The notes beneath the pieces were generated by a model. The model was not told the DNA's origin. It saw only the letters and a list, made by a program, of their open reading frames with translations, and did not search any database. Positions 38,608 to 47,292 of a stretch of 64,000 nt of DNA are shown here, one piece after another. The position numbers were made by a program, and so were the translations under genes. Each line of letters opens with the position of its first letter. Within the stretch, counting starts at the first letter, position 1. Source of the DNA: Candidatus Sumerlaeia bacterium (GTDB lineage Bacteria; Sumerlaeota; Sumerlaeia; SLMS01; JANRJK01); assembly GCA_033764015.1 (NCBI GenBank), contig JANRJK010000002.1, positions 160,001 through 224,000 of the forward strand, written 5' to 3'.

Positions 38608-39632
38608 CGGAGCGCCCCCGCGCGCGCTACGATTCGCTCCCACTTGCGCGGGGCCTCGCCGGATTCCACCGCCTCCCGGGCAAGCTCCACGCCCTTGCCC
38701 ACCGACGCCGCGCGCCCGGCGACCATCAGCGCGGCACCGCAGTTGAGCAGCGCGAGGTCCGTGGCCGGTCCCGCCTTCCCCTCGAACACCTCCGCCAGCA
38801 GCTCCGCGCTGTGCGCCGCGTCCCGTGCGAGGCAGCCGTCGAGCGGGCGCCTCGGCCAGTCCAGCTCCTCCGGCTGGAAGCGCCATGGCAGCAGGCGGCC
38901 GTCCCGCACGCGGATCCCTTCCGTCGGGCCGGAAAGCGTCAGCTCGTCCAAGGTGTCGCTCCCGCAGACCAGCAGCGCCTCCGCGATGCCGATGTGGACC
39001 AGCGTCTCCGCCATCGGGATCAGGAAGCGGGCGTCGCTCACGCCGACGATCTGGTGCGTCGGGCGCGCGGGATTCGCCAGCGGGCCGCAGAGATTGAAGA
39101 TCGTTCGAACCTTCAGTTCGCGGCGCACGGGCCCGACGTGGCGGAGCGCGGGGTGGTAGGAGGGCGCCATCAGGAAGCAGAAGCCCTCCTCTTCGAGGAG
39201 CCGGGCCGACGCTTCGGGCTCGAGATCGAGCGGGTAGCCCATCTGCTCGAGGACGTCGGCGCTGCCGCTGCGGCTGCTCGCCGCGCGGTTGCCGTGTTTC
39301 GCCACCGGCACGCCGAGCGACGCCGCGATCACTGCGACCGCGGTGCTGACGTTGAACGTGCCGATGCCGTCGCCGCCGGTGCCGCAGGTGTCGAGCAGCA
39401 CGCCGCCGGGGGGCTCCGGACGGGGGAACGGCGCCGCCGCGGAGCGGATCGCGCGGACGAAGCCCGTCAGCTCCGCGGGCGCCTCGCCGCGCACCCGCAA
39501 CGCCATCAGGAGCGCTGCGGTCTGCGCGGGGGACGCGGCCCCGCTGATCAACTGGCCGGCTACCTGCTCCGCCTCCTCGGCGGTCAGGTGTTGACCCTCG
39601 GCAAGTGTTTGGAGCGCGTCTTGAAGGTGCAC
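38604..39632 (-). CDS. trpD: Anthranilate phosphoribosyltransferase
   Basis: DTCGTGGDG..TFNVST, KHGNRAASSRSGSADVLE, RTIFNLCGPLANP, LDEL; GTG start at 39632. Confidence 0.96.
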   Translation of the reverse strand: MHLQDALQTLAEGQHLTAEEAEQVAGQLISGAASPAQTAALLMALRVRGEAPAELTGFVRAIRSAAAPFPRPEPPGGVLLDTCGTGGDGIGTFNVSTAVAVIAASLGVPVAKHGNRAASSRSGSADVLEQMGYPLDLEPEASARLLEEEGFCFLMAPSYHPALRHVGPVRRELKVRTIFNLCGPLANPARPTHQIVGVSDARFLIPMAETLVHIGIAEALLVCGSDTLDELTLSGPTEGIRVRDGRLLPWRFQPEELDWPRRPLDGCLARDAAHSAELLAEVFEGKAGPATDLALLNCGAALMVAGRAASVGKGVELAREAVESGEAPRKWERIVARAGALR

Positions 39633-39666
39633 GGCGATGGGAGGACTCCTCGTCGAATCATGCGCG

Positions 39667-41304
39667 ATGTCTGATTCGCGGATCGCGCCGACCGACGCAA
39701 CGCCCATCGCTCGCCCGGCTCCCCCCCCGCCGCCGCACGGAAAGGTCCCCGAACCGGAATTGGAAACCGACCTCTTGATCATAGGCGCCGGCGCCGCCGG
39801 GGCCACCTGCGCGCTCCGCGCCGCGGACCTCGGGCTCGACGTGGTGCTCATCGCGAACTGCGAGGAGCTGCCCGGCGAATCGAACACGCGATGGGCGCAG
39901 GGAGGCATCGTCTACAGCGCCGCTGGCGACAGCCCCGAGCGCCTCGCGGCGGACATCCAGGCCGCGGGCTGCGGCATCTGCCTGCCGGAAGCGGTCGAAC
40001 AGCTCGCCCTCGAAGGGCCCCGCCTCGTCCGCGAAGTCCTCCTGGACCGGTGCGGCGTCCCCTTCGACCGCGGTGCCTCCGGCGCGCTCGACCTCACCGA
40101 GGAAGGCGCCCATTCGCTGCCGCGGATCATCCATGTGAAGGACACCACGGGGCGGGCCATCGCCGAGGGGCTCCACCGCGCGGTCGCGGCGAACCCCCGC
40201 ATCCGCGTCCTCACCGGCGCCACCGCGGTGGACCTCATCATGCGCGGCTACCACTCGACGCGCCCGACCGATGTCTACAAGCGCGACCGCTGCCTTGGCG
40301 CCTACGTGCTGAAGGACGACCGCGTCGAGCCGATCACCGCGCGGGAGACGGTGCTCGCGACCGGCGGCCTCGGCCAGATCTACCTGCACACCACCAATCC
40401 GCCGACCGCGCGCGGCGACGGCGTCGCCATCGGCTACCGCGCCGGCGCCCGAATGGTGAACCTCGAGTACATCCAGTTCCACCCGACCGCCTTCTACCAT
40501 CGGCTCGCGCCGCGGCACCTGCTTTCGGAGGCGATGCGCGGAGAAGGCGCCCGGCTGGTCACCGCGAAGGGCGACGCCTTCATGCCCCGGTACTCGGACC
40601 TCGGCGACCTCGCCCCGCGCGACGTTGTGGCGCGCGCGATCCACGAGGAGCTGCTCCGGAGCGGGGACGCCTGCGTCTTCCTCGATCTCACGCACCTCGA
40701 TCCCTCCTTCGTCCGGGCGCGCTTCCCGGCGAACTACGAGTTCTGCCTCGAGTTCGGTGTCGACATGACCCGCGAACCGGTGCCCGTGGTGCCCGCCGCG
40801 CATTATTCCTGCGGAGGAATCGGCGTCGATCTCGCCGGCCACACGAACATCGCGGGCCTCCGGGCCGTCGGCGAGGTATCCTGCACCGGCGTCCACGGCG
40901 CGAACCGCCTGGCGAGCACCTCCCTCCTGGAGGCGCTGACCTGGGGCTGGCTGGCCGCGGAGGGCGTCGCTTCCGAGACCGCCGAGAACCCGGTGCCCAA
41001 CGCAGGCGAGGTGCAGCGCTGGCGCCTCGAGAGCGAGTCCGCCGACCCCGCGCTGCTCAAGCAGGACTGGATGACGATCAAGGCGACCATGTGGAACCAC
41101 GTGGGCCTAGTGCGAACGACGCAGCGCATGAACCGCGCGCTGCGCATCCTCCGCGAGCTCCAGTTCGAGGTGGAGACCTTCTACCGGCGCGCGCGCCTGA
41201 CGGACGAACTGCTCGGCTTGCGCAACGGCGCGCAGGCTGCCCTTGCCGTGGTCCACGCCGCGCTCCGCAATCGCGTCAGCCGCGGCGCCCACTACCGCAT
41301 CTGA
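39667..41304 (+). CDS. nadB: L-aspartate oxidase
   Basis: GAGAAG, WAQGGI, EGAHSLPRIIH..DTTG, QFHPT, SEAMRGEGA, LAPRDVVAR, HYSCGG, GVHGANRLASTSLLE, SRGAHY. Confidence 0.95.
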   Translation: MSDSRIAPTDATPIARPAPPPPPHGKVPEPELETDLLIIGAGAAGATCALRAADLGLDVVLIANCEELPGESNTRWAQGGIVYSAAGDSPERLAADIQAAGCGICLPEAVEQLALEGPRLVREVLLDRCGVPFDRGASGALDLTEEGAHSLPRIIHVKDTTGRAIAEGLHRAVAANPRIRVLTGATAVDLIMRGYHSTRPTDVYKRDRCLGAYVLKDDRVEPITARETVLATGGLGQIYLHTTNPPTARGDGVAIGYRAGARMVNLEYIQFHPTAFYHRLAPRHLLSEAMRGEGARLVTAKGDAFMPRYSDLGDLAPRDVVARAIHEELLRSGDACVFLDLTHLDPSFVRARFPANYEFCLEFGVDMTREPVPVVPAAHYSCGGIGVDLAGHTNIAGLRAVGEVSCTGVHGANRLASTSLLEALTWGWLAAEGVASETAENPVPNAGEVQRWRLESESADPALLKQDWMTIKATMWNHVGLVRTTQRMNRALRILRELQFEVETFYRRARLTDELLGLRNGAQAALAVVHAALRNRVSRGAHYRI

Positions 41305-41310
41305 GGCACG

Positions 41311-42165
41311 ATGCACCCGATCCTGATCCCGATAGGCGATTCCTTCTTCATCCCGAGCTACGGGGTGATGATCGCGCTTGGCGTCGTCGTCGCGCTCCTA
41401 GTCGCGTCGTGGCGCGCCAAGCGCGTGGGCGTCCCTTCCGACGACCTCTACGACCTCACCACCGTCGCGGTGCTTTCCGGCCTGCTCGGCGGGCGCGTGT
41501 TCTTCATCCTCCAGAACTGGGATGACTTCCTCAAGGCCCCCGCCGCGATGCTCTTCGCCCGCGACGGCTTCGTGTTCCTGGGCGGCCTCATCGGCGGCAT
41601 CGGCTCCTCGTGGTGGTTCCTGCGCCGCCGCAAGATCGAGCCGTGGGTGATGGGCGACCTGGTGGCGGTCGGGCTGCCGATCGCGCACGCCTTCGGGCGC
41701 ATCGGCTGCCACTTGTCGGGCTGCTGCTTCGGGCGCGAGTGCCGGCCGGGGTGGCTCGCGATCACGCTCAAGCCGGAGCAGCGCCCCGATGGGGAGCTCT
41801 TCTACAACGCCTACCTCGACCAGCTCCTGCGCGACACCATCGGCCCCGAAGCGGCGGAGAGCCTCCCCGTCTACGCGGTGCAACTCATGGAATCCGTCGG
41901 CCTCTTCGCGCTCGCGGCGACCATCGCGGCGATCTTCTGGCGCAAGTCGGGCCACCCCGGCGCGGCCTTCGCCGCGTATCTGATGGGCTACTCCATCCTG
42001 CGCTTCTCGCTCGAGTTCCTCCGCGGCGACCTCGCCCGCGGCGTCTACTTCGGCGGCCTCGCCAGCACCAGCCAGCTCATCTCCCTCGGCGTGTTCGCGG
42101 GCGGGGCGGTTCTGCTCGCCAAGCGCCTCAAGGCCCCCCTCGTCGAGTTCGCCCCCAAGGCATGA
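41311..42165 (+). CDS. lgt: Prolipoprotein diacylglyceryl transferase
   Basis: SYGVM, GGRVFF, GGLIGG, GRIGCHLSGCCFG, QLMES, RFSLEFLRGD. Confidence 0.92.
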   Translation: MHPILIPIGDSFFIPSYGVMIALGVVVALLVASWRAKRVGVPSDDLYDLTTVAVLSGLLGGRVFFILQNWDDFLKAPAAMLFARDGFVFLGGLIGGIGSSWWFLRRRKIEPWVMGDLVAVGLPIAHAFGRIGCHLSGCCFGRECRPGWLAITLKPEQRPDGELFYNAYLDQLLRDTIGPEAAESLPVYAVQLMESVGLFALAATIAAIFWRKSGHPGAAFAAYLMGYSILRFSLEFLRGDLARGVYFGGLASTSQLISLGVFAGGAVLLAKRLKAPLVEFAPKA

Positions 42166-44447
42166 GCATCCTCCGCCGCGAGCCGCCGCTCCTCGCCCTG
42201 CTTCTCGGCGCCGTGGCCCTTGTCGTGGCCTTCCACCACCACTACCTCGTGCCCGACGCCATGATGACCGGGGGCGATTACGCCAACCTCTTCTGGCCCG
42301 GGAAGGTGTTCCTCCAACGCGCTTGGGAGGACGGCGTCGTCCCGCTTTGGAACCCGTACAACTACCTCGGCACCCCGTTCATGGCGACCATGCAGCAGGG
42401 GGCGTTCTACCCGCTCGACTGGCTGGTCTTCCTGCTCTTCCCGGCGCACACGGGGCTGAACGTCTACGTGCTGCTCCACCTGTCGCTAGCCGCCGCCGGG
42501 ATGGTGCTGTGGCTCCGCTCCGTGGCGGGGCGGCAGGCGTGGTGGATCGCCCTCTTCGCCGCCGTCTACCCCTGCAGCGGCTGGTTCTGGGGGCACCAGG
42601 AGCACATCAACCAGGTCGCGACCGCCGCGTGGTTCCCGTGGCTCGCGTGGTGCGCGTGGCGCTTCGGCAAGGGCGAGGACTCCGCGGTGCGATTCGTTGC
42701 GCGCTACGCCGCACTGAGCGCCGTCCAGTTCCTCGCGGGGCACCCGCAGGGCGCCATCTACACGCATCTGGTCAACGCGCTGATGCTGGCCGCGATCGCG
42801 TACCAGCGCGCGGGCGACCTCCCCGCGTTGCTGCGCTCCTGGACTCCGCTCGCCGCCGCGGGCGCGCTGGCCGCAGCGCTCTGCCTCGTCCAGCTCTTGC
42901 CCGGGAAGGAGATGGCGAACCACTCGGTGCGCCAGTTGCCCGACCCGCGCTACGCGCTCGCCTACAGCATGCCGCCGGACGTCCTCGCGACGTCGTTCCT
43001 CCCGAACGCCTTCGGCAACTTCCGCGATGGCTACCGCCGCCTCGGCGAGCGGGGCGAGATCCCCGACCTCCGCGCCTACAACGAGTACGGCCAGTTCCTC
43101 GGCCCGGCGGTGCTGCTGCTCGCCGCCTTCGCCCTTTGGCCCGGTGCGGACCTGCGGCGCGCGGCGGCGTTCCTGGGCTTGATTGTGATGGTTGCCTTCG
43201 CCTTCGCGCTCGGCGGAAACCTCGATCCCCGCCGCCTGGCCGCGCTCGAATTCACCGAGTTCCAAGCCCCCGGCCTCTCACCCTACGACCTCTTCATCAA
43301 GGTGGTGCCGCTGATGGAGGGCTTCCGCGTGCCGGCGCGCTGGCTCATGGTCGCCATGTGGGCGCTCGCAACGCTCGCGGCGCTCGGTTGGATGCGCCTC
43401 TCGGACCGCCTCCGCGCGCTGCCGTCGCCGCCGCACCGACTCCTCGCCGGGGCGCTGCTCGCGGTGGCCGTCGCCGGGCCGCTTTGGTGGGGCTCCCGCG
43501 GGCAGAAGTTCCGCTTCCCCGGCGACGCCTCGCTCACGCTCCGCCTCGCCGACTCCGACCGCGTCCTCGGCGAGCGCTTCCTCGACAACCGCCTCTACCG
43601 GCTCTGGCTCGCCGACGACGACCTAGTCGCGAAGGACGAGCGCGAGTTCGAGACCACCTTCCAGCACGGCGACCCCGTCGCGCTCCGCTACACGCGCTTC
43701 CAGCCCAACCTCCACATGGTGGCGGGAATCCCGATGGAGGACGGCTACGAGGAGGGGCTCTCGCCGACGCTCGAGACGAAGAGCTTCTTCCTCACCTTCA
43801 ACCGCAACTTCCGCAGCCCCACGCCGGACCGCCAACTCATGGCGCTCCTCGGCATCGGCCGCCTCTTCAGCGACGCCCCGGTGGACACCTCGCTCTTCGA
43901 GCGCGACCCGTCTCTCTCGATCGACGGACGCCCGGTGCTCGCGAACCCGCTCCACCGCGGCGCGGCGTTCTGGGAGCTGCAGGCCGCCGGGATCGACTTC
44001 GCCGCGTTCAAGGGCGACCTCGCCACGGGCCGCTCCTCCGCCCCGACGCGCAACACGGTCCTGATGGAGTACGGCGGCGCGCCCGACTGGGAGCGCCCCT
44101 GGCCGCGCATCGAGGCACTGCTCCCCACGGCGAACCGCGTGCAGCTCCGCCTCCGCCAAGGCAACGCGCCGTCGGACGCGCTGCTCGCGATGGGCTACTA
44201 CCCCGGTTGGAAGTTCCTCTTGGATCGCGGCGACACGGTGCCGGTCGAGTGGCGCTCGCCCTTCCACGCGATCATTCCGCGCGGGAAGTTCGAGCGCCGC
44301 GAAGCCCTCCTGGCGTACCAGCCGGAGAGCTACCGCGTCGGCCTCTTCGGAAGCGCCGCCGCGCTTGCGGTGCTGGTGTTCCTGTCGAGCTTCGCGCGCC
44401 GTCAGACCGGCGACGCCACCGGTAGCGCCTCGCCCGTCAGGTCGTAG
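42162..44447 (+). CDS. YfhO-like polytopic membrane protein (GT-C fold)
   Basis: GDYANLFWP, PLWNPYNYLGTPF..QQGAFYP, AGHPQ, FRVPARW, YYPGWK, C-terminal YQP + TM; ATGA overlap with lgt. Confidence 0.75.
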   Translation: MSILRREPPLLALLLGAVALVVAFHHHYLVPDAMMTGGDYANLFWPGKVFLQRAWEDGVVPLWNPYNYLGTPFMATMQQGAFYPLDWLVFLLFPAHTGLNVYVLLHLSLAAAGMVLWLRSVAGRQAWWIALFAAVYPCSGWFWGHQEHINQVATAAWFPWLAWCAWRFGKGEDSAVRFVARYAALSAVQFLAGHPQGAIYTHLVNALMLAAIAYQRAGDLPALLRSWTPLAAAGALAAALCLVQLLPGKEMANHSVRQLPDPRYALAYSMPPDVLATSFLPNAFGNFRDGYRRLGERGEIPDLRAYNEYGQFLGPAVLLLAAFALWPGADLRRAAAFLGLIVMVAFAFALGGNLDPRRLAALEFTEFQAPGLSPYDLFIKVVPLMEGFRVPARWLMVAMWALATLAALGWMRLSDRLRALPSPPHRLLAGALLAVAVAGPLWWGSRGQKFRFPGDASLTLRLADSDRVLGERFLDNRLYRLWLADDDLVAKDEREFETTFQHGDPVALRYTRFQPNLHMVAGIPMEDGYEEGLSPTLETKSFFLTFNRNFRSPTPDRQLMALLGIGRLFSDAPVDTSLFERDPSLSIDGRPVLANPLHRGAAFWELQAAGIDFAAFKGDLATGRSSAPTRNTVLMEYGGAPDWERPWPRIEALLPTANRVQLRLRQGNAPSDALLAMGYYPGWKFLLDRGDTVPVEWRSPFHAIIPRGKFERREALLAYQPESYRVGLFGSAAALAVLVFLSSFARRQTGDATGSASPVRS

Positions 44448-45838
44448 ACGTCCGCCTCGTCGATCCGCACATCGACGAACTCGCCGGACGCCAGCGGAGC
44501 CGCGCTGCGCACCCGCACCACGCCGTCGATGTCGGCGGCTTCGCTGTGCGAACGCCCCACGTACCAGTCCTTGCCGGGGACGGCGCCCTCGATCAGCACA
44601 CGCCGCGTGGTGCCGACCTGCGCGGCGGCCCACTCCGCGCTCAGCGCCGACTGCAGCTTCATCACCTTGTCGCGGCGGGTGCGCTTCATGCGCTCGGGGA
44701 GCTGGTTCGGCAGCTCCGCCGCGGGCGTTCCAGCCTCGCGCGAGTAGGTGAACACGCCGAGCCGCTCGAAGCGGAACTCCCGCATCCCGTCCAGCAGCTC
44801 GTCGAACTCCCCGGAAGACTCGCCGGGGAAGCCCACGATGAAGGTGGTGCGGATCGCGACGCCCGGCAGCTCTTCGCGCACCGAGCGCAGCGTATCGAGC
44901 GTGCGCTGGCGGTCGTGCGGGCGGCGCATCCGCCGCAGCACCGATTCGCTCAGGTGCTGGAGCGGAATGTCCAGGTAGCGGACGATCTTAGGCTCCGACT
45001 TCATCAGCTGGATGAGCGGCTTCGTAACGGTGGAGGGGTAGAGGTAGAAGAGGCGCACCCAGAAGTCGCCGCCGATGGCGCACAGCTCGTGCAGCAGGTC
45101 CGGGAGCGCCATGCGCTTCTCGCTGTCGAGGCCGTACTTGGTGATGTCCTGCGCGACGATGTTGATCTCGCGGACGCCGTCGTCCAGCAGCCGCCGCGCC
45201 TCGTCGAGCAGCACCTGCCGCGGCACCGAGGTGTAGATGCCCTTCATCAGCGGGATGCTGCAGAAGGTGCAGGTGTGGTTGCAGCCGTCGCTGATCTTGA
45301 GGAACCCGTGCGGACGGCGGTCGACGCGTGCGCGGGGCAGCGTGCGCTCGACCAGCACCCGCGGCGCGCCCGGCGAAAACTCGCGGTCGTCGAAGGGCAC
45401 CGGCTCCGCCTCCGCCCCGTCGCCGCCGGACTGCTTGCGCAGGTCCCACGCCTCCTCCGCGTCGGTGTTCTGGATGAAGCGCGAGGGGTTGTCGCCGGCG
45501 ACCAGCTCGGCGACCTTCTCGAACTGCCCGACGCCGGCGAGGAAGTCGATGTCGGGGAAGTCGCGCAGCAGCTCGGGGCCGTGGCGCTGCGACATGCAGC
45601 CGATCACGCCGAGGCGCGTGCCGTGCTTGCGGCGGATCGCGAGCCAGCGGCGGATCTGCTCGCGCGACTGCTCTTTCGCGGCTTCCAGGAAGGCGCACGT
45701 GGTGATCACGACGACGTCCGGCGGCCGCTTCTCGTCGGCCACCTCGACCGCGTGGCCCTTCACGTTGAGCAGCCCCGCGAGGTACTCGTTGTCCACCGTG
45801 TTCTTGTCGCAGCCGAGCGTCACCAGTCCGACGCGCAT
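44402..45838 (-). CDS. rimO: Ribosomal protein S12 methylthiotransferase
   Basis: LGCDKNTVDNE, TCAF, GCMSQR, radical SAM motif CNHTCTFC, RTTFIVGFPGE, TRAM-domain motif ADIDG. Confidence 0.95.
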   Translation of the reverse strand: MRVGLVTLGCDKNTVDNEYLAGLLNVKGHAVEVADEKRPPDVVVITTCAFLEAAKEQSREQIRRWLAIRRKHGTRLGVIGCMSQRHGPELLRDFPDIDFLAGVGQFEKVAELVAGDNPSRFIQNTDAEEAWDLRKQSGGDGAEAEPVPFDDREFSPGAPRVLVERTLPRARVDRRPHGFLKISDGCNHTCTFCSIPLMKGIYTSVPRQVLLDEARRLLDDGVREINIVAQDITKYGLDSEKRMALPDLLHELCAIGGDFWVRLFYLYPSTVTKPLIQLMKSEPKIVRYLDIPLQHLSESVLRRMRRPHDRQRTLDTLRSVREELPGVAIRTTFIVGFPGESSGEFDELLDGMREFRFERLGVFTYSREAGTPAAELPNQLPERMKRTRRDKVMKLQSALSAEWAAAQVGTTRRVLIEGAVPGKDWYVGRSHSEAADIDGVVRVRSAAPLASGEFVDVRIDEADVYDLTGEALPVASPV

Positions 45839-45958
45839 CCTGATCCCCTTGTCCGGCGCGGCGGGTGTTCCGCCGCGAGCGGGAATTTCCGCCGTCCGCC
45901 CGCCCCGCCGTCAAGCGGGAGGCGCCCGGATGAGCATGCGTTATCAGGGCGGCGGGCG

Positions 45959-45987
45959 TTGACCATCCGGGCCGGCGCCTGCACAGT
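45959..45987 (+). promoter_or_regulatory. Candidate promoter of the DUF318 permease
   Basis: TTGACC-N17-CACAGT, then AAGGAG before ATG 46009. Confidence 0.45.
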
Positions 45988-46008
45988 CGCGCCCGAGGCA
46001 AGGAGCCC

Positions 46009-47169
46009 ATGGACCTGCTGCTCGAGATTCTCCGCAAGACCTACGACCTGACGCGCGAGGCGTCGCTGTATCTGCTGTTCGGGCTCGTCCTCGCCGGCTT
46101 GATCCGCGCCTTCCTCGAACAGTCGCGCGTGATGAAGTGGCTCTCCGAGCGGTCCTGGAAATCGGTGCTGCGCGCCGCCGTCGTCGGTGTGCCGCTGCCT
46201 TTGTGCTCCTGCTCCGTTCTGCCGGTGGCGGCGCAGCTTCGCCGCGGCGGCGCCTCCCGTGCCGCCACTTCCTCCTTCCTCATATCCACCCCGATGAGTG
46301 GCATCGATTCGTTCATCCTCTCCTTCGGCGTGCTCAACCCGGCCTTCGCGGTCGCTCGGCCCGTCTCGGCGCTGTTCGCCGGCGCGGCGGCGGGCCTTGC
46401 GCAGGTCGCCTTCGGCGGCCCCGACCCGGAGCCGGAACGCCCCGCGAAGGGCGCTGGCGGCATGGCCGCGGCGCTGGCACTCCTCGGCGCCAAGCCCCCG
46501 ACGCTGAGGAAGCGGCTCTGGGACGGCCAGGTCTACGCCTTCACCGACCTGCTCGGCTCCATGGGTCACTACTACCTCTTCGGGCTCCTCGCGACCGGCG
46601 CGGTGATGTCGCTGCTCCCGGAGAATGTCCTCGAAGGATTCGTCGGCGGGGGAGTGCTGGGCATGGTAGGCGTCGTGCTCATCGGCATGGCCATGTACAC
46701 CTGCGCCTCCGCATCGACGCCGCTCGCCGCGGCGCTGATCCTCAAGGGCATGTCGCCGGGCACGGCCCTCGTCTTCCTGCTGGCCGGCCCCGCCATGAGC
46801 ATCGCATCCCTGCAAGCGGTCCGCGCCATGCTCGGCGGTCGGGGGCTCGCGATCTACACAGCGGCGATCTTCATCTGCTCACTCGCGTCGGGCCTTGCCT
46901 TCGATGCGCTGAACACCGGCCTCGGATGGGACGCGCAGCTTGTGGGCGGGGGCCACATGCACGAGATGCTCGGTCCCGCGAGCCACGCGGGCGCCGTCGT
47001 CCTTCTCGCGCTGCTGGTGTACTACACGGCGAAGCGCAACGCCGCGCCCCTGCTGCGTCCCAAAGCGGGCCCGAAGCAACCCCACGCCGCCGCGAACGCC
47101 GCGCCGAACCCTTGCTGCGCGCACCATCCGGAGCCTGCGGCGTCGCCGGACCCCTCGACGACACCTTGA
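46009..47169 (+). CDS. DUF318/ArsP-type permease (SO_0444-like putative metal efflux)
   Basis: GVPLPLCSCSVLP, FLISTP..GIDS, MYTCASASTP, GMSPGTALVFLLAGPA; HMH and CCAHH motifs. Confidence 0.85.
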   Translation: MDLLLEILRKTYDLTREASLYLLFGLVLAGLIRAFLEQSRVMKWLSERSWKSVLRAAVVGVPLPLCSCSVLPVAAQLRRGGASRAATSSFLISTPMSGIDSFILSFGVLNPAFAVARPVSALFAGAAAGLAQVAFGGPDPEPERPAKGAGGMAAALALLGAKPPTLRKRLWDGQVYAFTDLLGSMGHYYLFGLLATGAVMSLLPENVLEGFVGGGVLGMVGVVLIGMAMYTCASASTPLAAALILKGMSPGTALVFLLAGPAMSIASLQAVRAMLGGRGLAIYTAAIFICSLASGLAFDALNTGLGWDAQLVGGGHMHEMLGPASHAGAVVLLALLVYYTAKRNAAPLLRPKAGPKQPHAAANAAPNPCCAHHPEPAASPDPSTTP

Positions 47170-47233
47170 GCTTCCAATGGCGCCGGTGAAGAAACCCGCC
47201 CGCCCGCGGTAGGGTTTGCGGAGCCACTAAGCG

Positions 47234-47262
47234 TTGCCGCCCCTCCGCGGCGGGCGCAGATT
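47234..47262 (+). promoter_or_regulatory. Candidate promoter of the HtpX-like gene
   Basis: TTGCCG-N17-CAGATT about 30 nt upstream of ATG 47293. Confidence 0.35.
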
Positions 47263-47292
47263 GGCGCGAGCATCCTGCGAAGCGGACAGGCC

